Under the pieces are notes generated by a model. The model had not been told where the DNA came from. It was given only the letters and a program-made list of their open reading frames with translations, and did no database searches. This document shows, one piece after another, positions 18,425 through 27,396 of a DNA stretch of 32,000 bases. The DNA comes from Schaalia odontolytica (GTDB lineage Bacteria; Actinomycetota; Actinomycetes; Actinomycetales; Actinomycetaceae). Each line of letters opens with the position of its first letter. Positions within the stretch are counted from its first letter, which is position 1. The position numbers and the translations under genes were made by a program. The stretch covers positions 1,770,001 through 1,802,000 of the forward strand of contig NZ_CP040006.1 in the NCBI RefSeq assembly GCF_005696695.1. Reading direction: 5' to 3'.

Positions 18425-19513
18425 CTATAGGCGGCTCTCGGCCTCGGCAAACTCGACGTAGTGCGCGAGCTCCTCATCCAGATCATCTGGATTGTCTGCC
18501 CCATCGGACGCGGCCTCGGCCTCTACATCCGCCTCTTCCTGTCCGTAGCGCTCCAACAGGAGGCGCTCTCGGTAGAGGTTGTCCGCTGTCACCCCGATGG
18601 TACGGATGAGGGATGCGTTCAGGGCCATGCCGATGATGATGCCGATAATCGGCAGGATCTGCGCCATCTTCAGGCCGACGAGACGCGCGCCCAGTGCCGC
18701 GAACAAGGAGTTCACGGACGCCGTCAGCGCATTGTTCCCGACGCTCTCCATCGATCCGCGTTTGGTGAGCTTACGCACCACCTTGTTGAACATGCGCATC
18801 GAGGTCTCCTTCTCGACGGCATGGTCACCAACCGTGCTACGAGGGGCGATCGCCTGGGATAAAACCATCGCGGAAAACAGCTTTTCTGCGGGGTCCTTCG
18901 TGTCATACCCGTAATACGCGGCCGTGTGCGACACGAGGCGCGCAGAGGAGGCCAAGAACGTCGCGATATCGAGGCCGATCGCCCCCACGATCACGCCGAT
19001 GCCGGGCGCCGATGCGATGCCCAGACCGAGGAGAGCAGCGACCGACCCTCCCGTCGCGAATATGCTGCTCACCGCTCCCTCGGTCGCGGTAGCAACGGCG
19101 TATCCGACCTTCAGGTGGGGCCTGACCGATTGGATCTCAGCCAGGTTCAGGTTTCGGATGTCCTCGAGACACTCCACGTCGTTGCCGGCCCGGCGATACG
19201 CCCTCACAATTCGCTTTCGCGGAACTGAGGATTCGGCGGCTGACGTTGCCTTCTCGACGAGTCCCAGGACAGCCGATGAGGTCTTATCCGCAATCGCGGC
19301 CCCGCCGGGCACCTTGCGCGCGAGGTCGACCGTCTTTTTCAAAGGGGCGAGCACGTACGAACGGATGCGCTGAGTGATGACGCGAGGACTGCGCGGGCTG
19401 ATCTGAGCGGCCTTCCATTCTTGGATCGCATCCCACTGCGCACGATCGTCACCGGTCATGCGGCCACGTATGTCGTCAGCTGTGCTGTTCGCTTCTTCTG
19501 AACAATCCGGCAT
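18425..19513 (-). CDS. EcsC-family protein (paralog 1 of a tandem pair)
   Basis: 362 aa. N-terminal WDAIQEWK motif, ARKVPGG and the hydrophobic Gly/Ala-rich core GAVSSIFATGGSVAALLGLGIASAPGIGV. HTAAYYGYD is typical of the family named after B. subtilis EcsC. Confidence 0.78.
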   Translation of the reverse strand: MPDCSEEANSTADDIRGRMTGDDRAQWDAIQEWKAAQISPRSPRVITQRIRSYVLAPLKKTVDLARKVPGGAAIADKTSSAVLGLVEKATSAAESSVPRKRIVRAYRRAGNDVECLEDIRNLNLAEIQSVRPHLKVGYAVATATEGAVSSIFATGGSVAALLGLGIASAPGIGVIVGAIGLDIATFLASSARLVSHTAAYYGYDTKDPAEKLFSAMVLSQAIAPRSTVGDHAVEKETSMRMFNKVVRKLTKRGSMESVGNNALTASVNSLFAALGARLVGLKMAQILPIIGIIIGMALNASLIRTIGVTADNLYRERLLLERYGQEEADVEAEAASDGADNPDDLDEELAHYVEFAEAESRL

Positions 19514-19578
19514 ACCCCCAGCCTACACGGCCAACAATCGCGACTTCATGGAACCGCGGGAGCGAGACTGCCGCTCTC

Positions 19579-20637
19579 CTACGGGCGGCTCTCGGCCTCG
19601 GCGATCTCCACGTAGCGCGCGATGTCGGCGCTCAGCTCCTGGGTATCGGCTGTCCTCACCAGGTCTGTCGAGGCACCGTCGGCAGCCTCCACGTGGCCGT
19701 AGCGTTCCGCGAGGAAGCGCTCGCGATACAGGTGATCGGCGGTCTCGCCAATGGTGCGCATGAGGGCGGCATTGAGCCCGGCGCTCACGACGACGCCCGC
19801 GACGGGGACGATCTGCGCGAGCTTGCGCGACGCCAGGCGCACACCCATCGCACTGAAGAGGGAGTTCATCGCGCTCACGACCACGTTGCCGCCGAGGCCG
19901 TCGAGCGAACCGCGCCGGGCGAGGTCGCGCATCACCTTGTTGAAGGCCAGCATCGTCGCTTGCTTTTCAACGACGAAATCGTGGCCGCTGCCCGTCGGAT
20001 CGATCGCCTGAGAGAGCACCATCGTGGAAAAGAGCCGCTCGGTGGGGTCCTCCGAGTCGTAGCCGTAGTAGGCGGCCGTGTGCGCAACGAGGCGGGTCGC
20101 GGCGGCCAGGAAGCTCGTGATATCAACGGCGATCGCCGAGGCCGTGACGCCCACTCCCGGGGCGGAAGCCACGCCCATGCCAAGCACTGCGGCAACGGAA
20201 CCACCCGAGGCGAACACGCCGCTTACCGCGCCCTCGGCGGCCGCGGTCGTCGAGTAGGCCAGGCTCAGGCGGGGCTTGACGGCGAGGATGTCGTCGAGCG
20301 TCAGAGAGCGGATGTCCTGCAGGGTCCGCACGTCAAAGCCCGCGGAACGGTAGGCCTTCAGGATGCGCTTGCGGCGCACCGAGGCCTCGGACGCGGATGC
20401 TGCCAGCTCCACGAGGCCGAGGGCAGCGGAGGACACGGTGCGGGTGAGCGCCTCGCCGCCGGGCACCTTGCGCGCGATGGACACCGCCTTACCCAGGGGC
20501 GCGAGGGCCGCCGAGCGGACGCGCTGGGAGATGACTCGGGGGCGCATCGGGCGCATCTGCGTGTCCTTCCACCGCTGGATTTCGTCCCAGTGGGCGGCGT
20601 CGGACTCGCTCATGCGTGCACGCAGATCGTCAGACAT
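19579..20637 (-). CDS. EcsC-family protein (paralog 2 of a tandem pair)
   Basis: 352 aa and colinear with 18425..19513; by eye more than half of positions are identical. The two share a C-terminal YVE(F/I)AEAESR and similar DNA at the 3' ends. Confidence 0.78.
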   Translation of the reverse strand: MSDDLRARMSESDAAHWDEIQRWKDTQMRPMRPRVISQRVRSAALAPLGKAVSIARKVPGGEALTRTVSSAALGLVELAASASEASVRRKRILKAYRSAGFDVRTLQDIRSLTLDDILAVKPRLSLAYSTTAAAEGAVSGVFASGGSVAAVLGMGVASAPGVGVTASAIAVDITSFLAAATRLVAHTAAYYGYDSEDPTERLFSTMVLSQAIDPTGSGHDFVVEKQATMLAFNKVMRDLARRGSLDGLGGNVVVSAMNSLFSAMGVRLASRKLAQIVPVAGVVVSAGLNAALMRTIGETADHLYRERFLAERYGHVEAADGASTDLVRTADTQELSADIARYVEIAEAESRP

Positions 20638-20776
20638 GCTCTCCCCGTTTCTCTCGCGGTCGCTAACTCACCAACACTACACAGTGAGGGCCGCCTGCGA
20701 GGCTGTAGCGCCGCCGCGTCCCCTGTTATGCTTGTGACCTGGTAGTCAGATTCGGCCTCGATACGAAGGAGCTTCC

Positions 20777-21595
20777 GTGGAATCTCGTGAGTCGCTCATC
20801 AACCAGATCGCTCTTCTCCATGAGGAGAAGGAACACCAGAAGATCATCGCGCTCATCGAGGGCCAGCCCCCGGCCGCGATGGACTACGAGCTGACGAGCC
20901 TTCTGGCGCGCGCCTACATCAATTACGCCCAGCCCTACATGGATTCTTTCCAGGAGCACATCAAGCACGCGGTGGAGCTGCTGCGCAGCGTTGAGGCTGA
21001 GGGCATGGCGGACCCGCAGTGGTACTACCGCATTGGCACCGCCCTGTACTGGCAGGACGAGGAAGAAAGCGCCATGACGTACCTGGAGCAGTGCCTCGCG
21101 ATGGACCCGACCCACGAGGACGCTCCGCAGGTCATCGAGGAGTGCAAGCGCGCCCTCGAGCGTCGCACAGTCGTGCGCCCCCTCGATATGCGTGCACTTA
21201 TCGACTTCTTCGAGCGCAACGACTACAGGTACGACGTTGAGGACAATCGCCTGCGCACGGGCTTCACGAACGGATACTACGTGTTCTCCGTGATCGACGA
21301 CGGCGCGGACCTGAGCATGTGGGGCGGCATCCGCGAGGATGTATCAATGGAGCTGCGCCCGCGCCTCATCCAGGCGTGCAACGACTGGAACGCGGCCACC
21401 AAGTGGCCCAAGGTCTACGTGGCGACGCTGGATGACGGCACGCAGCGCGTGTGCGCCGAGCAGTTCGTCTCATCTCGCTACGGCATGACTGACGCGCAGG
21501 TGTCGATCAACATCGACCGTTTCATCTCCGCGTCCGAGTCCTTCTTCAAGGAGCAGATCGAGCGCATCCCCGCGCTGGGTGGCGCAAGCGAGTAA
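20777..21595 (+). CDS. TPR-like N-terminal domain fused to a YbjN-like domain protein
   Basis: 272 aa. The N-terminal helical repeats (LLARAYINYAQ, YYRIGTALYWQDEEESAMTYLEQCLAMDP) look TPR-like. The C-terminal half (LIDFFERNDYRYDVED, NDWNAATKWPKVYV, GMTDAQV) resembles YbjN / type III chaperone-like domains. GTG start. Confidence 0.7.
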   Translation: MESRESLINQIALLHEEKEHQKIIALIEGQPPAAMDYELTSLLARAYINYAQPYMDSFQEHIKHAVELLRSVEAEGMADPQWYYRIGTALYWQDEEESAMTYLEQCLAMDPTHEDAPQVIEECKRALERRTVVRPLDMRALIDFFERNDYRYDVEDNRLRTGFTNGYYVFSVIDDGADLSMWGGIREDVSMELRPRLIQACNDWNAATKWPKVYVATLDDGTQRVCAEQFVSSRYGMTDAQVSINIDRFISASESFFKEQIERIPALGGASE

Positions 21596-21613
21596 CGCTC
21601 GCACAGAAACGTT

Positions 21614-21645
21614 CCCCGGCCTCGTCTTTTCGGACGAGGCCGGGG
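21614..21645. terminator. Bidirectional intrinsic terminator hairpin
   Basis: ccccggcctcgtc (21614-21626) pairs with gacgaggccgggg (21633-21645): a perfect 13-bp stem with a 6-nt loop, followed by ttcgtt. It lies between convergent genes. Confidence 0.75.
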
Positions 21646-21685
21646 TTCGTTATACGGTCACTGCCCGACGCGCTGCGCCAATGCC

Positions 21686-23179
21686 CTACTCGCTGCGGCG
21701 GGGCACGTAGACGCTGAGGCCGCCGTCGCTGACCACACCCGTGAGGATCCCGTCATCCGCGACGCGCACGGACGGGTGGCCTCCGAGGATGCACTCCCAC
21801 TCCTGGCCTGCGTGGCGCGTTCCCACGTAGAGGGTCTTCTCGGCTGCCATTCGGTCGGAGAGGATGACGGCGCAGCCGGAGCCGGGGATCTCCTCCTTGC
21901 CTTCGCGGGCAAAGCCCACCACGTCGGGGTCATCGAAAGCACTGTGCTGCGGGCCGACAGCCGCGCGGGCTCGGATACTCATGAGGACCGGCAGCTCACG
22001 CACGGCGGGCAGGTCGTCAGACTCGGGGGAACCCAGAAGGTCACCCCAGAAAACGCAGGGAACCCCGGCCTCGTTGAAGAGGATGATGGCGTAGGCGGCC
22101 GCCTTGAACCAGGGGGCGACCGTGGAGGCCAGGGACTGGCCGGGCTGCGTGTCGTGGTTTTCGACGAAAGTGACTGACTTGTCCGGATGGGAGGCGGTCA
22201 GCGTGTTCTCCCACAGGCGCGCCAGGTCCACGTTGCCATCCGAGACCGAGGCCTGATGGAGGTGATAGTGCAGAGGAACGTCAAAGAGCATGACGTTGGG
22301 GACCCGCTCCAGGTAGCCCTCGAGCTCGCGCACGTCGCCGCTCCAGTACTCGCCGACTGCGGGCAGGCGGCGCCCCGTGGAGGCGCGCAGGTCTTCGAGC
22401 CAGCGGGCGTAGAAGTCCGATCCGACGTGCTTGACGGCGTCCAGGCGCAGCCCGTCCACGCCGGTCGTCTCGACGTACCACTTGCCCCAGCGGTCCAGCT
22501 CCTCGCTGACGCGGGGGTCGGTGACGTGCACGTCGCAGCCCATCAGGTAGTCGAAGTTGCCGAACTCGGTGTCGACGGAATCGTTCCACTGCTTGCCTTC
22601 GAAGAGCCACAGGCCGTTGCGTTTCGTGGCTTCATCCCAGTCGATGCCGTGGAAGCACGTCCAGTCCCACGTGAAGTCCGAGTACACGCCGGCGCGCCCC
22701 GGGAATGTGAAGCGGGTCCACGCCTCGATCGTCTCGGGCTCGCCGATCGCCTCGTGACGGTTCTGGGGATTGATCGGGGTGGCTCGCACGGTCTCGGTCG
22801 CGTCGGCGCCCATGCGGTGGTTGAGGACGATGTCGGCGCACACGGCGATTCCCGCCTCGTGCAGGGCCTCGATGGCGGCCAGGTACTCGTCTTTCGTCCC
22901 GTACTTCGTGGGCACGGAGCCCCTCTGGTCGAACTCGCCCAGGTCGTACAGGTCGTAGACGCCGTAGCCGACGTCGTTGATGCCCTCGTGCCCCTTGTAG
23001 GCAGGCGGCAGCCAGACAATAGTGACGCCCAGGTCCGCGATCGCCCGGGCGTGCTCGGCGAGGTAGCGCCAGTGGCTGGCGTCCGGTGCCATGTCCCAGG
23101 CGAATGCCTGCAAGATCAGAGGGCCGGCCTCAGTCTGGGACGAGGCCAGGGCCGGTTTCGTCGTCTCATTCACCCGCAT
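21686..23179 (-). CDS. GH13 alpha-amylase, cytoplasmic type (no signal peptide)
   Basis: 497 aa. GVTIVWLPPAYKG, DIVLNHR, GLRLDAVKHV, AVGEYW and FVENHD are the conserved GH13 regions I-IV with the catalytic D/E/D. Confidence 0.92.
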   Translation of the reverse strand: MRVNETTKPALASSQTEAGPLILQAFAWDMAPDASHWRYLAEHARAIADLGVTIVWLPPAYKGHEGINDVGYGVYDLYDLGEFDQRGSVPTKYGTKDEYLAAIEALHEAGIAVCADIVLNHRMGADATETVRATPINPQNRHEAIGEPETIEAWTRFTFPGRAGVYSDFTWDWTCFHGIDWDEATKRNGLWLFEGKQWNDSVDTEFGNFDYLMGCDVHVTDPRVSEELDRWGKWYVETTGVDGLRLDAVKHVGSDFYARWLEDLRASTGRRLPAVGEYWSGDVRELEGYLERVPNVMLFDVPLHYHLHQASVSDGNVDLARLWENTLTASHPDKSVTFVENHDTQPGQSLASTVAPWFKAAAYAIILFNEAGVPCVFWGDLLGSPESDDLPAVRELPVLMSIRARAAVGPQHSAFDDPDVVGFAREGKEEIPGSGCAVILSDRMAAEKTLYVGTRHAGQEWECILGGHPSVRVADDGILTGVVSDGGLSVYVPRRSE

Positions 23180-23245
23180 ATGGTGGCAGGTTTTCTCTCT
23201 CCCGGGCGCGCGAGAATGGGAAACAGTGGCGGGATATACACGGTA

Positions 23246-23298
23246 ACGAGGCCGGGGCTAAGCATCACGATTAAGCGCGGTCCCAGCCCCGGCCTCGT
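23246..23298 (-). terminator. Hairpin downstream of the third EcsC-like gene
   Basis: acgaggccggggct (23246-23259) pairs with agccccggcctcgt (23285-23298): a perfect 14-bp stem. The 25-nt loop is long for a terminator. Confidence 0.5.
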
Positions 23299-23309
23299 CG
23301 GTGATGTCA

Positions 23310-24341
23310 TTACTTGCGGCGCCCGAGGCGCCCCTTCAGGCCCCCGGAGAGGCTGGAGGCGCCGTCGGCGATACCCGAGGCCGCGCTCTTAGCACCGACC
23401 ATCACGACCTTCGCTTTGCCGCGCAGCCCCTTCTTGATAGTCGTCGCCGTCTCAGGTGTCTGTCCCTGCCTGGTCACGCCGAGGCGATGCCGGTCCCACT
23501 CGTCGACGTCGACGCCGGGAGGCGGGATCTCGCGCAGGTGCTCTTTGAGGAGCGCGGACTGGGACTGAAGGGCCATGAAGGTCAGGCCACTCGATACGAA
23601 TCCGCCGATGACGGGGACGATCTTCGAGAATCCCTTGGCGGCGGTGCTCTTCGTGATGTTGATGCCGATGAGGCGCAGGCTGTGCTTGACGACCGGGTAC
23701 CAGGTGATACTCATGAGGGCGCGCTTGGTCGCGTGATTCTGGTAGGCGGTCTTGGCAGCCACGCGCGCGAACGCCGTGAGGGATTGGGCGGCGCCCCCAA
23801 CCCCCAGCATGACGCCGAAAAACACGGCGAGTACGCCGAGCGTGTCATCGTCAGCGTCTCGGCCGTCCGGGAGGAGATCTCCCCAGCCGTACAGGTAGGC
23901 GAGCTTTTGCATGATCCTCAGCGCGTGCGCGTAGTACTGCATCAGGTCCGCGGGGATGGTGCCGAGCATCGCGAAGCCGCCGGGGATACCCGCGACGAAG
24001 GAGATGGCCGCCGACTTGTTCGTCTCGTAGGAGATCGCTTCCTCCGCGAGTTTGTCGATCTCGGTCAGGGAGACGCCGGCGAGCAACGGGCTCGAGTCGA
24101 TTGCACGTGCGATTGCGTCGTCACCCATGCGGAGCTTGCGCAGCTCCTGGCGCAGGAACTCCTCGCGGTTGACGCGCACGCCGGGCACGCGTACGACCTT
24201 CGCCAGGAACTCGAGAGCACGCTGCTCAGCCTCGCTCCGTTGAGCTGCCGTCAACTCCCCACCGCTTGTTTCACGCTGCAGGTCTCGCCCATCTCCGACG
24301 TTTTCACCATGTGCGCCAGGTTTATTGAGGCTGCCCCACAT
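23310..24341 (-). CDS. EcsC-family-like protein (third, diverged copy)
   Basis: 343 aa. FVAGIPGGFAMLGTIPADLMQYYAHALRIMQKLAYLYGW and a Gly-rich hydrophobic segment resemble the EcsC family. Composition is protein-like, unlike the Arg/Gly-rich antisense ORF 23301..24401. Confidence 0.65.
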   Translation of the reverse strand: MWGSLNKPGAHGENVGDGRDLQRETSGGELTAAQRSEAEQRALEFLAKVVRVPGVRVNREEFLRQELRKLRMGDDAIARAIDSSPLLAGVSLTEIDKLAEEAISYETNKSAAISFVAGIPGGFAMLGTIPADLMQYYAHALRIMQKLAYLYGWGDLLPDGRDADDDTLGVLAVFFGVMLGVGGAAQSLTAFARVAAKTAYQNHATKRALMSITWYPVVKHSLRLIGINITKSTAAKGFSKIVPVIGGFVSSGLTFMALQSQSALLKEHLREIPPPGVDVDEWDRHRLGVTRQGQTPETATTIKKGLRGKAKVVMVGAKSAASGIADGASSLSGGLKGRLGRRK

Positions 24342-24668
24342 GTCATTCCTTTACACCCCGTTGTCGCCTCAGCACTAGGCCTGTATACGCGACAACAATA
24401 ACCTAGTTATCCTCCATGATGGCGCTCACAACACACCGTCATTTAGCTCGGGTGCGAGGACGTCAGGAACGGACATACTCTGGTCGCATGTGGATCCTCG
24501 CTGCTGCCCCTTCAACCCGTCCCACAGGACCAACAATCTAGACACCCAAATCAGAGGCATGAAAATACATACTGTAAGTTACAATTTCACACAATATGAA
24601 CGCCTGCTCCCACGAAGAGAAGTAGCCAAACCACATCCTCGAAGGGCATAAATATTCGGCAACTGGAA

Positions 24669-25445
24669 ATGCTACACGCTACCACATACAGGAAAGCAGA
24701 AATGACAACAATTCCCCCATGCAAAAATGAATCCAGCCTGCACCCATCACTCTCACGCACACAAGCGCTGGCATTAATCCAAGAAGCAACGTCCGCAAAG
24801 AATCTTCTGCGCGACTGCATAACATCTATACGCAATATGAAGTACCTCGCCAACGATGCAGATACAACATTCACACTCGGAAGTATTGGAGTTGAAAAAC
24901 TACTAAAGGTAATTCTAGGCTGCAACACGATAGAAGAATCAGGACAGTGGCCTTCCAAACACACACTCAGCAGGGACTGGGGACACGACATAGAGAACTT
25001 AAATGAAAGGATCAACACCATAATATCAGACAGCCTTCACAGTGGAAGAAGCAGCAACTACACACAGGAACTCGCAACAAAAATTACAACGAGCAGTATC
25101 ATCCCATTACTTTTCAAAAAACTTGCTTGCTACGGCAACTCCGGCCGCTTTTACTACTTAGACATACTCGCAACTGGAAACAACAGAGATAGAGAGGCGC
25201 CACTGAAATTATGGGAAGACCTAGAAGACCACATCACCTCCACAATTGATGAATTCAAACAAATACCAACAGAAAACGCAGAGATAGACGACTATGTCAA
25301 GCGCACAAACAACTGGATAGCAGATGAATTATCTAACTGGTGGTACTCTATATATCGTCTAGCACAGAATGATTATTTTGGAACGGTCGCAAAAACGATG
25401 GCACCGCAACTATGGGACCCTGATCAACATAATCCAAATACATAA
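24669..25445 (+). CDS. Hypothetical protein, all-helical looking, possible HEPN-like fold
   Basis: 258-aa ORF in the lowest-GC block; the true start may be ATG 24702 (MTTIPP). The segment FTLGSIGVEKLLKVILG is followed by SRDWGHDIENLNERI, an R-x3-H-D-x-x-L pattern at 24972-24986+. I recognise no family with confidence. Confidence 0.6.
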   Translation: MLHATTYRKAEMTTIPPCKNESSLHPSLSRTQALALIQEATSAKNLLRDCITSIRNMKYLANDADTTFTLGSIGVEKLLKVILGCNTIEESGQWPSKHTLSRDWGHDIENLNERINTIISDSLHSGRSSNYTQELATKITTSSIIPLLFKKLACYGNSGRFYYLDILATGNNRDREAPLKLWEDLEDHITSTIDEFKQIPTENAEIDDYVKRTNNWIADELSNWWYSIYRLAQNDYFGTVAKTMAPQLWDPDQHNPNT

Positions 25446-25540
25446 GACTCAGATGAATCTAATGACGAAAGCTGAGCAAGATGCGCTAGAACACTACTTC
25501 AACCAACGATTGAACGACAGCAAACTAAATCGATCAACGA

Positions 25541-26614
25541 TCAAACGATAACATCCCCCACATGATACCCAACAAGACTAGTCACCAGCATTAATACCTG
25601 CAAACAGTTCCGCTTACTGAATTGACGCCTCGAGACACCATGAACACTTGCATGCCGCGAATACACCCGTGGAACACTATCACCTTTATCAACCCAAAAT
25701 GCCTTATGCGCATTCCAAATTGGCAGCCAGACTAACCCCTGTCGCAGACTCAGATCATCAAACACATCAGGAACATTCGCCCCATTCCGATGATTAGTGA
25801 GAGAGCGACGCACCTTCGGATCCGGAACAAAACGTCGAATTAGAGTATCAAGCACAGCGGTCAACATCGCTTGAGCAGATCGAACGTAACCAGCCCGCAT
25901 CGCACCAATTGCGTCAACAATAAATGCGATCTCATCACCATCCCAATCCTCTGCGCGAGCTTCAAGAATGCTCACACAGTCTTCAATTATCTGTTCATAA
26001 CACGCACTTAGCACCTGACGCCGCGCAGCCGTATTTTGTGCTCGAACGAGACGCACGACAATGCGTTTCCGCGGCACCAAATATAGAGGAATTCCCTCTT
26101 GCTGGACAAAAGAGATTATTTCATCAAGATTGACCTCTTTGCTACAATCCTGCAAGTTCGAGGGAAGCGAACGCCACACAAGTTGCGAAGGGTCTGACAG
26201 ATTTGCAATCGACTCCACTAAATGGCGTGCCTGGTCTAGAATAGCCGACTGAGCCATTGCAATCTGATTAAATACAGAACTTGCACCAAAGTCACGCAGG
26301 GATAAAGCCACACTAGGCAATATCAGATTACTAAATGATGGAAACAGATTCTCGAATTTGAACTTGTTTACACAAATGGTATTCCTATAAGACTCTATCA
26401 ATGACAAGCCCGAATCATCAAGCTGCCGAAAAAACCGATTTAGGGCATGCACAGTTGCCTCACTTGACACCTGTATCGAAGACGATACAGATTTAGCAAA
26501 TTCTTGAAATGCTACCTTATTCACCGCGTCGCCATACAACCCGAACGCCCGCTTTGCCTGCGCCATCGCCCGCTGCTCGGGCCACTCAGCTAAAGAGGCC
26601 CCCAGATCTCGCAT
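25541..26614 (-). CDS. Hypothetical protein with a C-terminal Rx4HG (HEPN-type) motif
   Basis: 357-aa ORF, convergent with 24669..25445. The helix AFIVDAIGAMRAGYVRSAQAMLTAVLDTLIRRF is followed by YSRHASVHGVSRRQFSKRNCLQVLMLVTSLVGY. R320-x4-H325-G326 is encoded at 25637-25657. Confidence 0.65.
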   Translation of the reverse strand: MRDLGASLAEWPEQRAMAQAKRAFGLYGDAVNKVAFQEFAKSVSSSIQVSSEATVHALNRFFRQLDDSGLSLIESYRNTICVNKFKFENLFPSFSNLILPSVALSLRDFGASSVFNQIAMAQSAILDQARHLVESIANLSDPSQLVWRSLPSNLQDCSKEVNLDEIISFVQQEGIPLYLVPRKRIVVRLVRAQNTAARRQVLSACYEQIIEDCVSILEARAEDWDGDEIAFIVDAIGAMRAGYVRSAQAMLTAVLDTLIRRFVPDPKVRRSLTNHRNGANVPDVFDDLSLRQGLVWLPIWNAHKAFWVDKGDSVPRVYSRHASVHGVSRRQFSKRNCLQVLMLVTSLVGYHVGDVIV

Positions 26615-26985
26615 TTTCTAATACCGCTCACGCATATCTTGCAACTCAAGATTCGACACCACTGTTCCGCCTTCGCTCAGATGAGCACGATTTTGCTCTT
26701 TATTCATAGTTCAATGAAAAATCCCTTCAAAGACCGAACCACGCAAATGTGGAACATCTTTACACTTTGAACATTAAGATCGCAGCCACACTGCCACAAA
26801 TTAGATTACATGCACTTTTTCTCTTTTACCATACCGAAACTCTACTTCATACGTTTTGATTCCTTGCGCCAGTTTAGCTAGATACTTTCGATCAGCAGTC
26901 GCTTCATCGCATAACTGTATGACATAATGATACGTTAACACACAACTATTGACATTTGATGCACCACATCTCATCACAAGGATCG

Positions 26986-27396
26986 TTAATTCAGTGTATT
27001 TTTGACACAATCGACCGTGTAGCGTGTGTGCAGGTTCATCCAGAACCCCGGGGTGGTGCCGAATTAGCGGGAGAGACGCATGGCGGTGTCTGCCGTGATT
27101 CCCCGCTTCCCATGAACGATCTCAACCCCTTCTGGACCCGCGTCGCCCCACCTGAAGCAGATACGCCACTGATCGTTGATTCGGATACTGTACTGCCCCG
27201 CACGATTACCGCGCAGACGCTCGAGGCGGTTACCCGGAGGAATCCGGAGGTCTTCCAGACGGCACGCAGCATCAATCTGGCGTAACTTGCGCAGCGCGAT
27301 GCAGAAGGTTCCGAGGCTACTACCCCTCACCTCCGCCGGAGCCAACACTCCGCAGTTCACGTCCGCGCACGAGTTCCCATTTCTGCGACGCGGCAT
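26986..27396 (-). pseudogene. higBA: Decayed higB-higA toxin-antitoxin locus: in-frame fusion, premature stop and 3' truncation
   Basis: ALRKLRQIDAACRLEDLRIPPGNRLERLRGNRAGQYSIRINDQWRICFRWGDAGPEGVEIV is HigB-like. It runs directly into HGKRGITADTAMRLSR, the middle of a HigA HTH. A TAA at 27064-27066 sits where Tyr is expected, and the frame then continues FGTTPGFWMNLHTRY to 26986. Confidence 0.72.

Noticed and set aside
19693-24401. Long plus-strand ORFs 19693..20745, 22187..23392 and 23301..24401
   Set aside because: They are antisense to the EcsC paralog, the alpha-amylase and the EcsC-like gene respectively, with Arg/Gly/Asp/His-rich low-complexity translations.
24587-25021. 144-aa minus-strand ORF in the low-GC block
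   Set aside because: It overlaps the longer plus-strand ORF. Its translation is Cys/Ser/Phe-rich and not protein-like.
25453-25551. 32-codon ORF (MNLMTKAEQDALEHYFNQRLNDSKLNRSTIKR) between the two orphan genes
   Set aside because: It is very short, has no SD, and overlaps the 3' end of the convergent gene. A small antitoxin or peptide cannot be excluded, but the sequence gives no support.
26618-26707. 29-codon ORF (MNKEQNRAHLSEGGTVVSNLELQDMRERY) immediately upstream of the 357-aa orphan gene
   Set aside because: Its position, ending 3 nt before the downstream ATG, is suggestive of coupling. It has no SD, no recognisable fold and is too short, so I kept it as a note only.
26801-27010. 69-aa minus-strand ORF
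   Set aside because: Its composition is Cys-rich and odd, and it overlaps the tail of the higA remnant. It lies in AT-rich probable non-coding DNA and has no start context.
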